NCBI GenBank assembly: GCA_002269645.1
Contig: NIVC01000606.1
Coordinates: forward strand, 186,001-250,000
Reading direction: 5' to 3'
Source of the DNA: Macrostomum lignano
Lineage: Eukaryota
DNA: 64,000 nt
Shown here: positions 26,761 to 39,149 of the stretch, one piece after another
Numbering within the stretch: position 1 is the first letter of the stretch
Layout of the letters: the number at the start of each line of letters is the position of its first letter
Translations under genes and position numbers: made by a program
Notes under the pieces: generated by a model
Told to the model about the DNA's origin: nothing
The model's input: the letters and a program-made list of their open reading frames with translations, nothing else
The model's database searches: none

Positions 26761-29069
26761 TTAGTGCTGAGTGTAGTTAACAATCTGTGGCTCATCTGGA
26801 CCGGAAGGTACTGCAATAACTTGATAAGCCCCTCAGCTCTGCTGCCTTCAATTCAATAGAAAGTTAAACAGAAGCATTTTGATGTATTTTATACGAGGAG
26901 AACAGTTAAGACTAGGGCAAGCCTTACTCTGGTCCCCTAGCGGAACCCCTCCGACCGCGTCTTTCAATAACACAAGCTACACAATCTCCAACCCCACCCC
27001 GCCGCCGCACAATTTCGGTGGCACTGGCTAATGTACATACGGCTGCACCAATAGCAAGTTGTTTACCTCTAATAGTCACTTCAGCTGCCTCTGCTTTTTA
27101 TAAAGTAGCTTACGCACGCTTCCTTGCTACTGAACTGGGAGTAGAGATATTGAAAATGCATTAGTGGCAAATCTAGTTACTATAGTAGCATCTTTAGTCT
27201 GGAAATGTTGTCCGCTAAAAGTACATAATTTCATAACTGTGCGGTTCCTTTCTTTTTCAACTGATTTAATTTGTAACGCGACCTACATTTACTTACACTT
27301 AGCATCACTTTAGGCTCATGTAAATACTGTAGCAGCTAACCGTTAACCACCCAGGTTAAGCATTCATTGGTTGGTGATTCAAGAGGTCATTGGGGTTGGA
27401 TCGGTTGTTGATAGGTCAGGCTCGATTCAAAGTGCAGGCAAATTAATTTGGGTCTAAATTGGAATCTCGGCTTGGCTCTGCTCGTGCAATTAACGCCCTT
27501 GAGGGCCAACCCCCCATGGCACAGTGAAGTGTACATGCCTAACTATAAATAAAGTTAGGGCCGCTGTACACTCCGGTGTGAGTGTGTGCCTGTGCGTAAG
27601 ACTGCGTACGTATCCGCGCGCTTGTGTGCCTGCTCAGGGGAGTCGGCGGAATGGGCAGTAATGCCTCTCACTGGTTGTGTGACAATGTCGCTTAAAGTGT
27701 GCCAGGGGGTGCGCACACAGCCTCCTGACTCTAACTAAAAACTAAATCGGTTGGTGATTTAGGATACCTAGCAACGAATGACGGCACTTTTGCATGCTAT
27801 CGTGTTACTGAGCCTCAGAAGATGTCAACAGCTCTCAAAAGATTAGAATATCAAAGATGAACATTGTGTCTGCTTCCTATCAAAAGCAATAGCAATTATT
27901 ACTGTGCTGAAAAATGAAAACCTCTAATCTCCGTAGTGTATTTTTTCGGTAAAATATGCCTCCCAAACTGTTTCCAGGAAACGTAGTTTCCCGTCCAACT
28001 ACAGCGGCGTAGCCATATTTGATTAACTAGTAGTACATTTATTTAACTACCCTGCACTCAAACAGACTACTTGTAGTACTGTATTCAGTAGTCTGTATGT
28101 AAACATGCAAGTTTTTTCACTCAAAAATTAGCAATATTCTACTTTGTGCGCATTAATTTCCCAAGTAAGATTCTTCACGTGCTCTCGCGTTCAACTCTTT
28201 TTTTGTAAAACAAATAGAAGAATCGAGGAACAGATTGATGATTTACTACTGAGATTGATGGCCTACTCTGTTCAAAATGCAGCGTGGCATGCTTTCACCC
28301 GATTGATTGATTGATCGATCCCGTTCCGGCGTGCCTAAAGAGGGAGAAAAATGCAAAAAGCACAAAACCCAAATATGATATTTTGATTTCTTTTATCGAA
28401 ACACGAAAAACTGTATGCGCAAATTATATTTTATACTTAGTAGTAAAATATTAAAATTTTAGTAACGTGTGCAAATTGCTGAAATACTGTACTACTAACA
28501 ATAGCGAGCCTGATAAGTAGTATATATGTATATAGAAAGGTGCAGCAGCAATTATTGACAAGCTATAAAACACAAGACGGAGGGGGCGGAGCGGCTGCAT
28601 ATGTATTAGGGGAGTAATTAGTAAATAATAGCATTACTAAAGATGGAAGCCGTACGGTACAGTGGTTTTCAAAGCCGATTAAAAACACAAAAAATAAGTG
28701 CCAGCATTACCAAGAGTACGGGTGTCAGTGCACACAGCGCGTGCTGCCCGCTCCTTGCGTAGACGCTCAAAAAGCACGCAAATGCAAAATAATAACGGCA
28801 AACAACAAATTTAGACAACACCAGTTGGGGTAATGACCGGTAATTGCTACTTGCTAGTAGTATAATGACAAAAATGATGACATTGATGACAACAATGTAG
28901 TTTAGAAAGCAAGCAAAGCGATGTTTTTGCTAATTAAATTAAAAAATGAGAAACAAAAATTAATCCCTTAGTTTTTAGCCTTGCAACTCCTTCGTTGACC
29001 TTGTCAGGCCAACTTATCTGATTTCATTCGATTTACATTATCAGACCGGTAACCTTCGATTCTTTAGGG

Positions 29070-29975
29070 CAACTTCCGGTATTTATAGTGGAATTTCCGG
29101 TTATGCCATACAAGTTCCGGTATTTTATAGTACCACTTCCGGTTCACTTCTACAACTTCCAGTATTTTATAGTGCCACTTCCGGTTCACTTCTACAACTC
29201 CCAGTATCTTAGAGTACCACTTCCGGTTCACTTCTACAACTTCTGGTATTTTATAGTGCCACTTCCGGTTCACTTCTACAACTTCCAGTATCTTAGAGTA
29301 CCACTTCCGGTTCACTTCTACAACTTCCAGTATTTTATAGTGCCACTTCCGGTTCACTTCTACAACTTCCGGTATTTTATAGTGCCACTTCCGGTTCACT
29401 TCTACAACTTCCGGTATTTTATAGTGCCACTTCCGGTTCACTTCTACAACTTCCAGTATTTTATAGTGCCACCACCGGTTTTTACTTCTACAATATCCGT
29501 TATTTTATAGTGTCACTTCCGGTTCACTTCTACAACTTCCGGTATTTTATAGTGCCACTTCCGGTTCACTTCTAAACCTTCCGGTATCTTAGAGTACCAC
29601 TTCCGGTTCACTTCTACAACTTCCGGTATTTTATAGTGCCACCACGGTTTTTACATATACAACGTCCGGTATTTTATAGTGCCACTTCCGGTTCACTTCT
29701 ACAACTTCCGGTATTTTATAGTGCCACCACGGTTTTTACATATACAACGTCCGGTATTTTATAGTGCCACTTCCGGTTCACTTCTACAACTTCCGGTATT
29801 TTATAGTGCCACCACGGTTTTTACATATACAACGTCCGGTATTTTATAGTGCCACTTCCGGTTCACTTCTACAACTTCCAGTATTTTATAGTGCCACTTT
29901 TGGTTCACTTCTACAACTTCCGGTATTTTATAGTGCCACTTCCGGTTCAATAATACAACTTCCGGTATATTATAG
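29070..29975. repeat. 42-bp minisatellite (CCACTTCCGGTTCACTTCTACAACTTCCGGTATTTTATAGTG)n
   Basis: About 21 units, downstream of the KDM2 stop codon. Confidence 0.95.
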
Positions 29976-30173
29976 TACCACTTACGGTCGTTTAATAACG
30001 AGCAATTTAGTGCAAAACGATCTAAGGATGCGAATTCGCTTCGTTAGGGGAAAAAGCCAAGCCCAGCATGCTGTGCAGTGAAAAGCGAGGACTGCAATCA
30101 ATGATCGAACAAGTGCGCTCGCCTCCAGCTAAGCGGCTTCCATTTACACAAAGCAGAGTCCGCGATCAATTTG

Positions 30174-33100
30174 TTACGCGTAGAAGTCCGGATCGTCCGA
30201 GTCGTCCTCGTCGCTGCCGAACGCCGCCCTGGCCTTGGCGGTGCGTCGGCGCTTCCTAGCCGGACGGCCGCGAGCGCCGGCGCTGGCCCGGTGGTTAGGC
30301 GCGGCGGCGACGGTCGCGGTGCCAGCGGCGGAGGTAGTTATCTTAATAATCACTGGCTTGACTTCAGCTGATGTCGAAGCGGAAGACGTCGCCGCCGCTG
30401 TCGACGTAGCGCCGTCGCCAACTATAATGGACGGCTCGTCGGCGCCGTTGTCGCTGTCGTAGCCAGCCGAGGCAGCGGCGCCAACCATTGCAGTTTTGTT
30501 CTCCTTACCGGCTCGCCCGCCAGCCTGTCCAGTTTCCACCTGTTCGCTCTCCAGCTTCAGCAGCATCTTGAGACCTTTGGAGATGCGCGGATGCAGCTGG
30601 TCGGCTTTGCCAGCGTGGTGGCACACCGGGCAGCACCAGTAGTTGGGCATCTGGTCGGAGCGGAGGTCGGCAGTGACGAAGGCCGGATCGAAGTCGGCCG
30701 TCTCCAGCTGGCGCACGCAGTCGGGGTGCAGCAGGCGCCAGCAGACGCCGCACTCGAACAGGTCCAGATCGGGGTCATAGTTGTCTTCTTCTTTTTCAAC
30801 TTCGTTGAATTTGCGCGCGTCCCGGCAGAGGAAGCAGGCGGCCTTGGCTGGCAGGCTGCAGGCGATGCACTGCTTCTGAATGCAGCACTGCTTGAGTATG
30901 CCGTGGCCGCCGTACTTCACCATGTCGGCGCAGAACACGCACTCGCGGCAGTCCTGCCTGCGGCACGGCTCGCACAGGCGGCAGCGGACTCGCCTGTGAA
31001 TGAATTTGTCAGCTGGCAGCTTGCTCGGACGGGCGGCGCCGCCCGATTTTCGGCCGCGACCGCCGGCGCTGGCGCCGCCGCGCAGCTGCCTGACGTGCCC
31101 GGCGGCCTCCTTGAGCATGCCGGCTGGCCAGCGGATCACCGGGGCGCCCGTGCAGGCCGCGTCGGGCGTGTCGGCAGCGTGCTCCTGTAGCAGCTCTTGA
31201 ATGTCGTCTAGCAGGCGATCGGGTTCGGGCAGGTCGGCCGGCACCTCCCTGCGGTTTGGGGGCAGCGGCCTGAGCCACTGGAGCAGCAGGCGGAGGCCCT
31301 GCAGCTCTGCCTGGGTCAGCGCCTGCGGATTAATTAGATGGGGAATGATGGGATCAGAGTGGCAGGTGGATCGGGGGGGGGGGTTTCACAAACTCGAAAT
31401 TTCACAAGGTCGAAAACTCGAAAAGCAGCCACTTTCATAAGATCGAAATTTTACAATGTAAAAACTGAGAATTTAGCAGCCTCAAGTATGAAAAGATCAA
31501 AATTTTACAATGTAGAAAACTAAAGTCTTTATTGTGTCAATGTTTATATTATTTTTTTTGTTTTAATAGCTTTGGTTCAGAGAAGTTTTTAATCACCTCT
31601 TCTTTAAGTAGTTCAACGCCAAGGAGTGCTGAGTGCTCTGCTAAGTGTCTTATCACTACTGGGACGATGGGTTAGTTTACATAAGCTGTAAGTTTAGCTA
31701 TATAGTTGGGAAGCATTTTGGAATTAGAGCAGTAAAAAGCACCTAAAATTTGGTATCAGAAGTAGGATAAATTTAGGGGAAAAGAGAAAAACTTTGAAAA
31801 GAGAAAAAAGCCCTATAACTTTGGCAATGACTGGTTAGGATAAATTAGACTAAGTGACAAACAGAAAAACACCTACAACATATATAGGCCTACTAAACAA
31901 CAATAGAATATAGAAAAGCCTCGAAGGCTTACAATTATTAAGTCTTCTGCTAGAGTTTTCGATGTTGTGAAATTTCGACCTTGTGCAATAATTTGCTTTT
32001 CGACGTTGTGAAAGCACCCCGGTGGATCAAGCCCAGCTTCTCCAACTGATCCCAAATTCTAGCCTAGTTCCCTGCTGTGACTAATTTGGAAATTGCTGCA
32101 ATGATGAAATCGGTGCTTCAGTGGCCGCAGCTGACCAGCCACCGGACATTCAGTGGCTGCAGCTGACCAGCCACCGGAGCTTCAGTGGCCGGTGTCAGTC
32201 AGCCAGTCGCTCATTCAGTGGCCGGTGTCAGTCAGCCAGTCGCTCATTCAGTGGCCGGTGTCAGTCAGCCAGTCGCTCATTCAGCGGCCACCTGCCAGCA
32301 GGCAATTCCAATCACAGCCAACATTAGTCTCACCTGGCCGGGCTGATGCGAGTTCTTCAGCTCGGTTCCGTACTCAGCCATCCGCTCCGCGTAGGCGGCC
32401 AGATCTTCGCCCTCTTCCCTAGGCGGCACAACGTGCTCCCGGCGCATCAGGCAGCCGGCATAGCGGGCCAGCACGTACCAGTGCAGCTGCATGAACAGCG
32501 GGAAGCGGAACTGACGTTTCACTCGGGTTTTCTCTTCCAGCTCCCACACTCGCAGCTGCAGTTTGATGTTCAACGAGTGCAGATAGTTGCCGCCGAATAC
32601 TAGCGAGTCTTCCGGCGTGTACACTGCGTGCATCCAGCCCGTGGGGATGAAGAAGGTGTTGCCCGGCTCCAGCTCTACTCGCTGGCACTTCTCCACCTGT
32701 TGGTTAAGTAGTTGAACATTTTGTTGTGACCCTCCCGACTTCAGTGACTGACCAATCACCCACTCAGACTTCAGTGAGTGACCAATCACCCACTCAGACT
32801 TCAGTGAGTGACCAATCACCCACTCAGACTTCAGTGAGTGACCAATCACCCACTCAGACTTTAGTGAGTGACCAATCACCCACTCAGACTTCAGTGAGTG
32901 ACCAATCACCCACTCAGACTTCAGTGAGTTACCAATCACCCCTCAGACTTCAGTGAGTGACCAATCACCCCTCAGACTTCAGTGAGTGACCAATCACCCA
33001 CTCAGACTTCAGTGAGTGACCAATCACCCACTCAGACTTCAGTGAGTTACCAATCACCCACTCAGACTTCAGTGAGTGACCAATCACCCACTCAGACTTC

Positions 33101-35747
33101 AGTGAGTGACCAATCACCCCCTCAGACTTCAGTGAGTGACCAATCACCCACTCAGACTTCAGTGAGTGACCAATCACCCCCTCAGACTTCAGTGAGTGAC
33201 CAATCACCCCTCAGACTTCAGTGAGTGACCAATCACCCCCTCAGACTTCAGTGAGTGACCAATCACCCACTCAGACTTCAGTGAGTGACCAATCACCCAC
33301 TCAGACTTCAGTGAGTGACCAATCACCCCCTCAGACTTCAGTGAGTGACCAATCACCCACTCAGACTTCAGTGAGTGACCAATCACCCACTCAGACTTCA
33401 GTGAGTGACCAATCACCCCTCAGACTTCAGTGAGTGACCAATCACCCACTCAGACTTCAGTGAGTGACCAATCACCCACTCAGACTTCAGTGAGTGACCA
33501 ATCACCCACTCAAACTTCAGTGAGTGACCAATCACCCACTCAGACTTCAGTGAGTGACCAATCACCCACTCAGACTTCAGTGAGTGACCAATCACCCACT
33601 CAAACTTCAGTGAGTGACCAATCACCCACTCAGACTTCAGTGAGTGACCAATCACCCCCTCAGACTTCAGTGAGTGACCAATCACCCACTCAGACTTCAG
33701 TGAGTGACCAATCACCCCCTCAGACTTCAGTGAGTGACCAATCACCCACTCAAACTTCAGTGAGTGACCAATCACCCACTCAGACTTCAGTGAGTGACCA
33801 ATCACCCCCTCAAACTTCAGTGAGTGACCAATCACCCACTCAGACTTCAGTGAGTGACCAATCACCCCCTCAGGCTTCAGTGAGTGACCAATCACCCCTC
33901 AGACTTCAGTGAGTGACCAATCACCCACTCAGACTTCAGTGAGTGACCAATCACCCACTCAGACTTCAGTGAGTGACCAATCACCCACTCAAACTTCAGT
34001 GAGTGACCAATCACCCACTCAGACTTCAGTGAGTGACCAATCACCCACTCAGACTTCAGTGAGTGACCAATCACCCACTCAGACTTCAGTGAGTGACCAA
34101 TCACCCACTCAGACTTCAGTGAGTGACCAATCACCCTCCCGACTTCGGTGAGTGACCAATCACCCACTCAGACTTCAGTGAGTGACCAATCACCCACTCA
34201 GACTTCAGTGAGTGACCAATCACCCACTCAGACTTCAGTGAGTGACCAATCACCCACTCAGACTTCAGTGAGTGACCAATCACCCCCTCAGACTTCAGTG
34301 AGTTACCAATCACCCACTCAGACTTCAGTGAGTGACCAATCACCCACTCAGACTTCAGTGAGTGACCAATCACCCCCTCAGGCTTCAGTGAGTGACCAAT
34401 CACCCCTCAGACTTCAGTGAGTGACCAATCACCCACTCAGACTTCAGTGAGTGACCAATCACCCACTCAGACTTCAGTGAGTGACCAATCACCCACTCAA
34501 ACTTCAGTGAGTGACCAATCACCCACTCAGACTTCAGTGAGTGACCAATCACCCACTCAGACTTCAGTGAGTGACCAATCACCCACTCAGACTTCAGTGA
34601 GTGACCAATCACCCACTCAGACTTCAGTGAGTGACCAATCACCCTCCCGACTTCGGTGAGTGACCAATCACCCACTCAGACTTCAGTGAGTGACCAATCA
34701 CCCACTCAGACTTCAGTGAGTGACCAATCACCCCCTCAAACTTCAGTGAGTGACCAATCACCCACTCAGACTTCAGTGAGTGACCAATCACCCACTCAGA
34801 CTTCAGTGAGTGACCAATCACCCACTCAGACTTCAGTGAGTGACCAATCACCCACTCAGACTTCAGTGAGTGACCAATCACCCACTCAGACTTCAGTGAG
34901 TGACCAATCACCCTCCCGACTTCGGTGAGACAGTACTTTCTTACATTAATATTCAAAGCAGTACAGAGCATTATTTAACCATAAACGAAAATATTCTAGG
35001 CTATTAGCGAAAGTGGAAAGTGGCATCCTGCCTACCGGACAGTGTCCACTGTTCAAACAGTTGAAAATTGCGTTCGGTAGGCGGCACCAACCAGAAGACT
35101 TTGCGGCCGCGCAGAATATGATACCAAACACTGGTGCCGCCCATATCGACGTGCCAATCTGTGTAACAATCGGCCACGCTCATCAGTACATACTTGCGCA
35201 CCTTCGGATAGAACATTGTGTCCATAGAATTGAGCGCGTCCATTTGTTTCTCGCGCAGATACGGCGGCCAAGCCCGATCGATCCAGTCAATCTGGCGAAC
35301 AACAGTTGGACTCTCCACATAATTATCCAGCTTAGTGTGCGAGAATTCCAAGCTGATTACGTTGAGAATGCGGTCCCTATTGGGGTCTGTGTAGTAGTCA
35401 GTCCACTGGCGCATGGTCATAACCAGCGCCTGCTGGGTGCGAACATCCATGACGTCCACAGGGCGCCTGGCGCCAACCATGAGCTTGACATCGGCTACAT
35501 TAAACGACTCTGAGGGGACGCGCAGGCCGAGGCCGGTTTTATTTTTAAACAATAACGGATTGCGGAAGCCGTCGCGCTGTAGCTCGGCGAGGCCGAAGCC
35601 TTCGCCAGTGTCGCGGACGTCCACAAAAGTGGCCGAATAGTTGGTGGAGTTGAGCTTCTCCTCCAGGTCCCACTCGCGCTGCCCGTCAATCAGTGGGTCG
35701 TAGTCCTCCTCGTCTGGGGTCTTGCGTTTTAGTCCTGGACGCACCAT
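30174..35747 (-). CDS. KDM2: KDM2/JHDM1-like histone H3K36 demethylase (JmjC, CXXC zinc finger, PHD), no F-box/LRR seen
   Basis: Exons 35747..~35016, 32696..32334, 31322..30174. JmjC motifs YTDWHVDMGGTSVWYH and FIPTGWMHAVYTPEDSLVFGGNYLH; CXXC RCRLCEPCRRQDCRECVFCADMVKYGG; PHD ECGVCWRLLHPDC...WCCPVC. The exon 2-3 junction is clean; the exon 1 donor is not identifiable. Confidence 0.9.
31373..32020. mobile_element. 648-bp non-autonomous DNA transposon with GG...CC termini and an 8-bp TSD (Merlin- or MULE-like)
   Basis: GGTGGATC is duplicated at 31365-31372 and 32021-32028. Inverted subterminal TTTCACAA/TCGAAA repeats. A solo related end lies at ~62990-63066. Confidence 0.75.
32117..32290. repeat. 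~33-bp short tandem repeat (TTCAGTGGCCG...)
   Basis: About 5 units in KDM2 intron 2. Confidence 0.85.
32727..34927. repeat. 30-bp minisatellite (CACTCAGACTTCAGTGAGTGACCAATCACC)n with higher-order structure
   Basis: About 73 contiguous units filling KDM2 intron 1, with periodic 29-bp variants. Confidence 0.98.
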
Positions 35748-36217
35748 GCTGGTTGCTGCTTTTTAGGCTATAGACACTAGCTAGCAGTGCTGGAGATTGG
35801 CCAGTGCGATTGGATGCTTAATCTGATGCCAGTATGAGCAAGCCTTTATTAAGAGATGGTGTGGATTCTAGGGTCAAGACCCAAAGTAGAGGCAGAAGGA
35901 CCTGTTTTTTCGTTCCACAGATACTAAATGTTATTTTGAACTTCTAAAGTTTAATTACAATTACAGTATACTTTATATCAAACAGATAAATAAATACTAA
36001 TTTTTAACTTTTTAGCCATCTTTTAAATACCATAGACGGTTGCTTTACTGCACCAGTGTGCACTTGTGCAAATGTTTTAAGATATAAAGGTAAACAGCAG
36101 GAGTAACTATTGCTATATTTAGCTACCTAAATGCCTCGTCATGTAAGTACCTTTTTATCGTTATTGCTTTATAGAATTTTTGCTATGTTGTATTGTGCTT
36201 GTCTGCTTTAGCTAGCC

Positions 36218-36409
36218 TAGAGGCAGATTTAGAAATATAATAAAATGAGGATAGGGAATGCCATATTATTCACAAGAGGGGCGCCATAATATATACTAGA
36301 GGGGAGCCATACTGAACAAACTGAGGGCAATAAGGACCTTTTTTGGCCCAAAAGAAAAGGGGCACCATCATTGGTAGACATAAGACTATCTACCTTGAAT
36401 CTGCCTCTA
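36218..36409. mobile_element. 192-bp hAT MITE
   Basis: TIRs TAGAGGCAGATT / AATCTGCCTCTA; perfect 8-bp TSD AGCTAGCC at 36210-36217 and 36410-36417. Confidence 0.85.
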
Positions 36410-39149
36410 AGCTAGCCTACTACTAATTTGTTAAGATGCACTTATAGTTTTCAATTAATACAAGAAATTGTCTTAGAAAAGCTTTATTAACTTCTTTGGC
36501 GCCCAAATAGGTTCTTGTTTCTTTGAAAACTAGAACATTGGCAGAAATGCTCTTAGAACAATGGTAAATAAGAAAATCGAAATATATTTTAAAATAACTT
36601 ACTTCAAGAATAAATATCAAATAAAACAACATGATACCCAAGGAAAAAACTAGAATTTTAGGATGCCATTTAATGTAAGATTAGGATAGAGGGCCCAGGG
36701 GGTATACTATACATTTGAACTAGCACATGAAGAATGATGACACAAATCAAGACAATGTCACAAGTTTTAAATACTCTAAGGTCTAGACTTAGGGCCTAGT
36801 ATTCGATTTAAATTTGTATTGACTGTTATAAAAGGTTATGCTACAAAATCGATCCTAATAGAAATATATAGAACTTATAGTCCAGGTATAGACTGTGTTG
36901 ATCGATGCTGATAGTGATAAGCTTAACAATAAGCGATTTTATAAATTGAAAATATGATCATTGATTGGGTATAAACCCTTGACCTAAAATAACAACTACA
37001 AGGGCGAAAATAGTCTAGGCCTACTACTACTAGTCAAAGACAAGAACAACAACTTTATCAAATTAGGCATTGGGTCCTAAGCCTAGTCTATTAAGGGCTA
37101 GGAATAAAAATAGGACATGTTATAAACTTGAAACCTTAGTTTAATCGCCTAATATTCTATTAGGCCTGGTAGAATAATATATTAGATATTTAACCACAAT
37201 AATTTAGGTCGAGTTATGATCATAGGCATAGGCCTAACTAAACTTATAGATAATAACTAACACTTTGATTCTTGTGAAAAGACAAAGCAAATTTAATTCG
37301 AACTTTATACTAGAAGTAGAAATAAAGCATTAAGAGAAGTTTCAGTATCATGATTTTTTTCAAATCGATTAAACTTTTATAGAGGTTGTATATTTTAAAT
37401 TTTATCAAACATCTTAATTCCAGCCATAGTTAATTAATTACAAAGTCCGAAAATACAGCAAATCACGAACTATTCTACTGGAAGTAGCCTTATACAGATT
37501 AAATAAGACAAGTGCATAAGCAAAATTGAAATTCTGCTACTATTGCAGTACAGTTTCTGTAAAGTTCCAGAATTTTTAAATAAAATTATAAGTATCTTGA
37601 TTGAAACTTTAAAAAATAAATTTAACCCACAGTTAACTTTATAGCTTAATTACTTAAATCGTTTGTTGTGCTACTGCCTACTATTCCAGGCATTTTTAAT
37701 ACATGTAAGTAAATGAAATAGTTTGTATTGAGTTTAAAATATTTGATTTTCGCTTTCCATTGAAACCCACGCGAAACATCAAATAACAAATCAAAGACAT
37801 CAATATTATATCATCCCATTTGGTAAACTAAAGCCTTGTAATTTACGTTACAATTTATTATACGAAGCGGGCGGATTGATTATTTACATTTTTACTCCAA
37901 GATCCAAATTGAACCTGAAGATTGTATTTTCCTTTTTGAGCAAAAGCAATATAACAATATCTATATTTTCTGTATAGCATCGATAACTTACACATTGTCT
38001 GTTTAAAAAATCCGAAGTATTAAAATTAGTTCTTGTTTTTGTGCAAAGAACATTCTTTCTTGTTGTTTTTTTAATATAAATCTAATGTGCACTGGGGGGC
38101 GAACTATGCAGGGCAATATAATTCATGCCCGCCGTTGAACGTCGACGAAGATATGAAGAAAAACCAAAATTAAGTAACGTCGGGCTTAGCACCACCTTCT
38201 GGTCAAGGCCTATGCGATATGGCTCCTCGCAGAATATTAAGACTGTATAATTATGTATGTAATACTACGTACGTGTACACATTTATATGATCGGGTGCAG
38301 ATTACGATCGCGTGCATGCATTTCGCATGCACAACCGCTGTAACATCTAGGTACAGTACAGTTCATCTTATATTATTTACTGACGCAGATGTGCAGCATG
38401 TAGCTGCGTTATTTCACTGAGCTGCCAATCGAAAATTATGTCAATTTGATTTTTCGACAGTTCAAACTTAAATTACATTTACGTGCATCTTCACATGCAC
38501 GTGTGGCATGTGCATGTACAAATGGTACTTTTCACTCAAAATTACATGTTTATGGACAGTATAACTACATGTTTAAATCCCTGAATTGAAGCTGTACAAT
38601 AATTTACATGCATGCACATTCAACAACACTCAAAAGTTCCACCTGCCAAGCAAATATATTTTTATTCACCATTTACTGTGTATTTTAAATGAGAATTTTT
38701 CTCTCTACCTACACGTGATTTGTACAGGTGGAAATTTTGACTGTTGCTGAGTCTATATATCAACCAAGCTTTTAAACACTTATACATTTACTAAAAGGTT
38801 TGAGAAAGTGTAATATTAATGCTTGTATGCTGTAGTTACTGTCAGAGAGCTAGCACTATAATTGCACCAGCTAGACGTTTACGCCACAAGCCACATGTAC
38901 ACTGTGTGACATATATACACATTTTACATCTTGTATCTGCGAGCAAGCTACAAGTATAAAGTATAAAGTATCGAGTATAAAGCTAGATTTTTATTTTAAA
39001 CATTATTGGTAGAAAAAACTGAGTCGGCATGAATGCACTTTATTTTCTTGCATGAAAGTATTGAGTCCGAGTCATACAACACAATTTCTTAACTTTAGGG
39101 TCTCAAAATAGTGGGTAATTTTTCCGGGTTTTTCCGGGTCTATCTTTGA

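Noticed and set aside
32727-34927. CRISPR-like array of 30-bp palindromic repeats
   Set aside because: Units are contiguous with no unique spacers, there are no cas genes, and the array lies in a eukaryotic intron.
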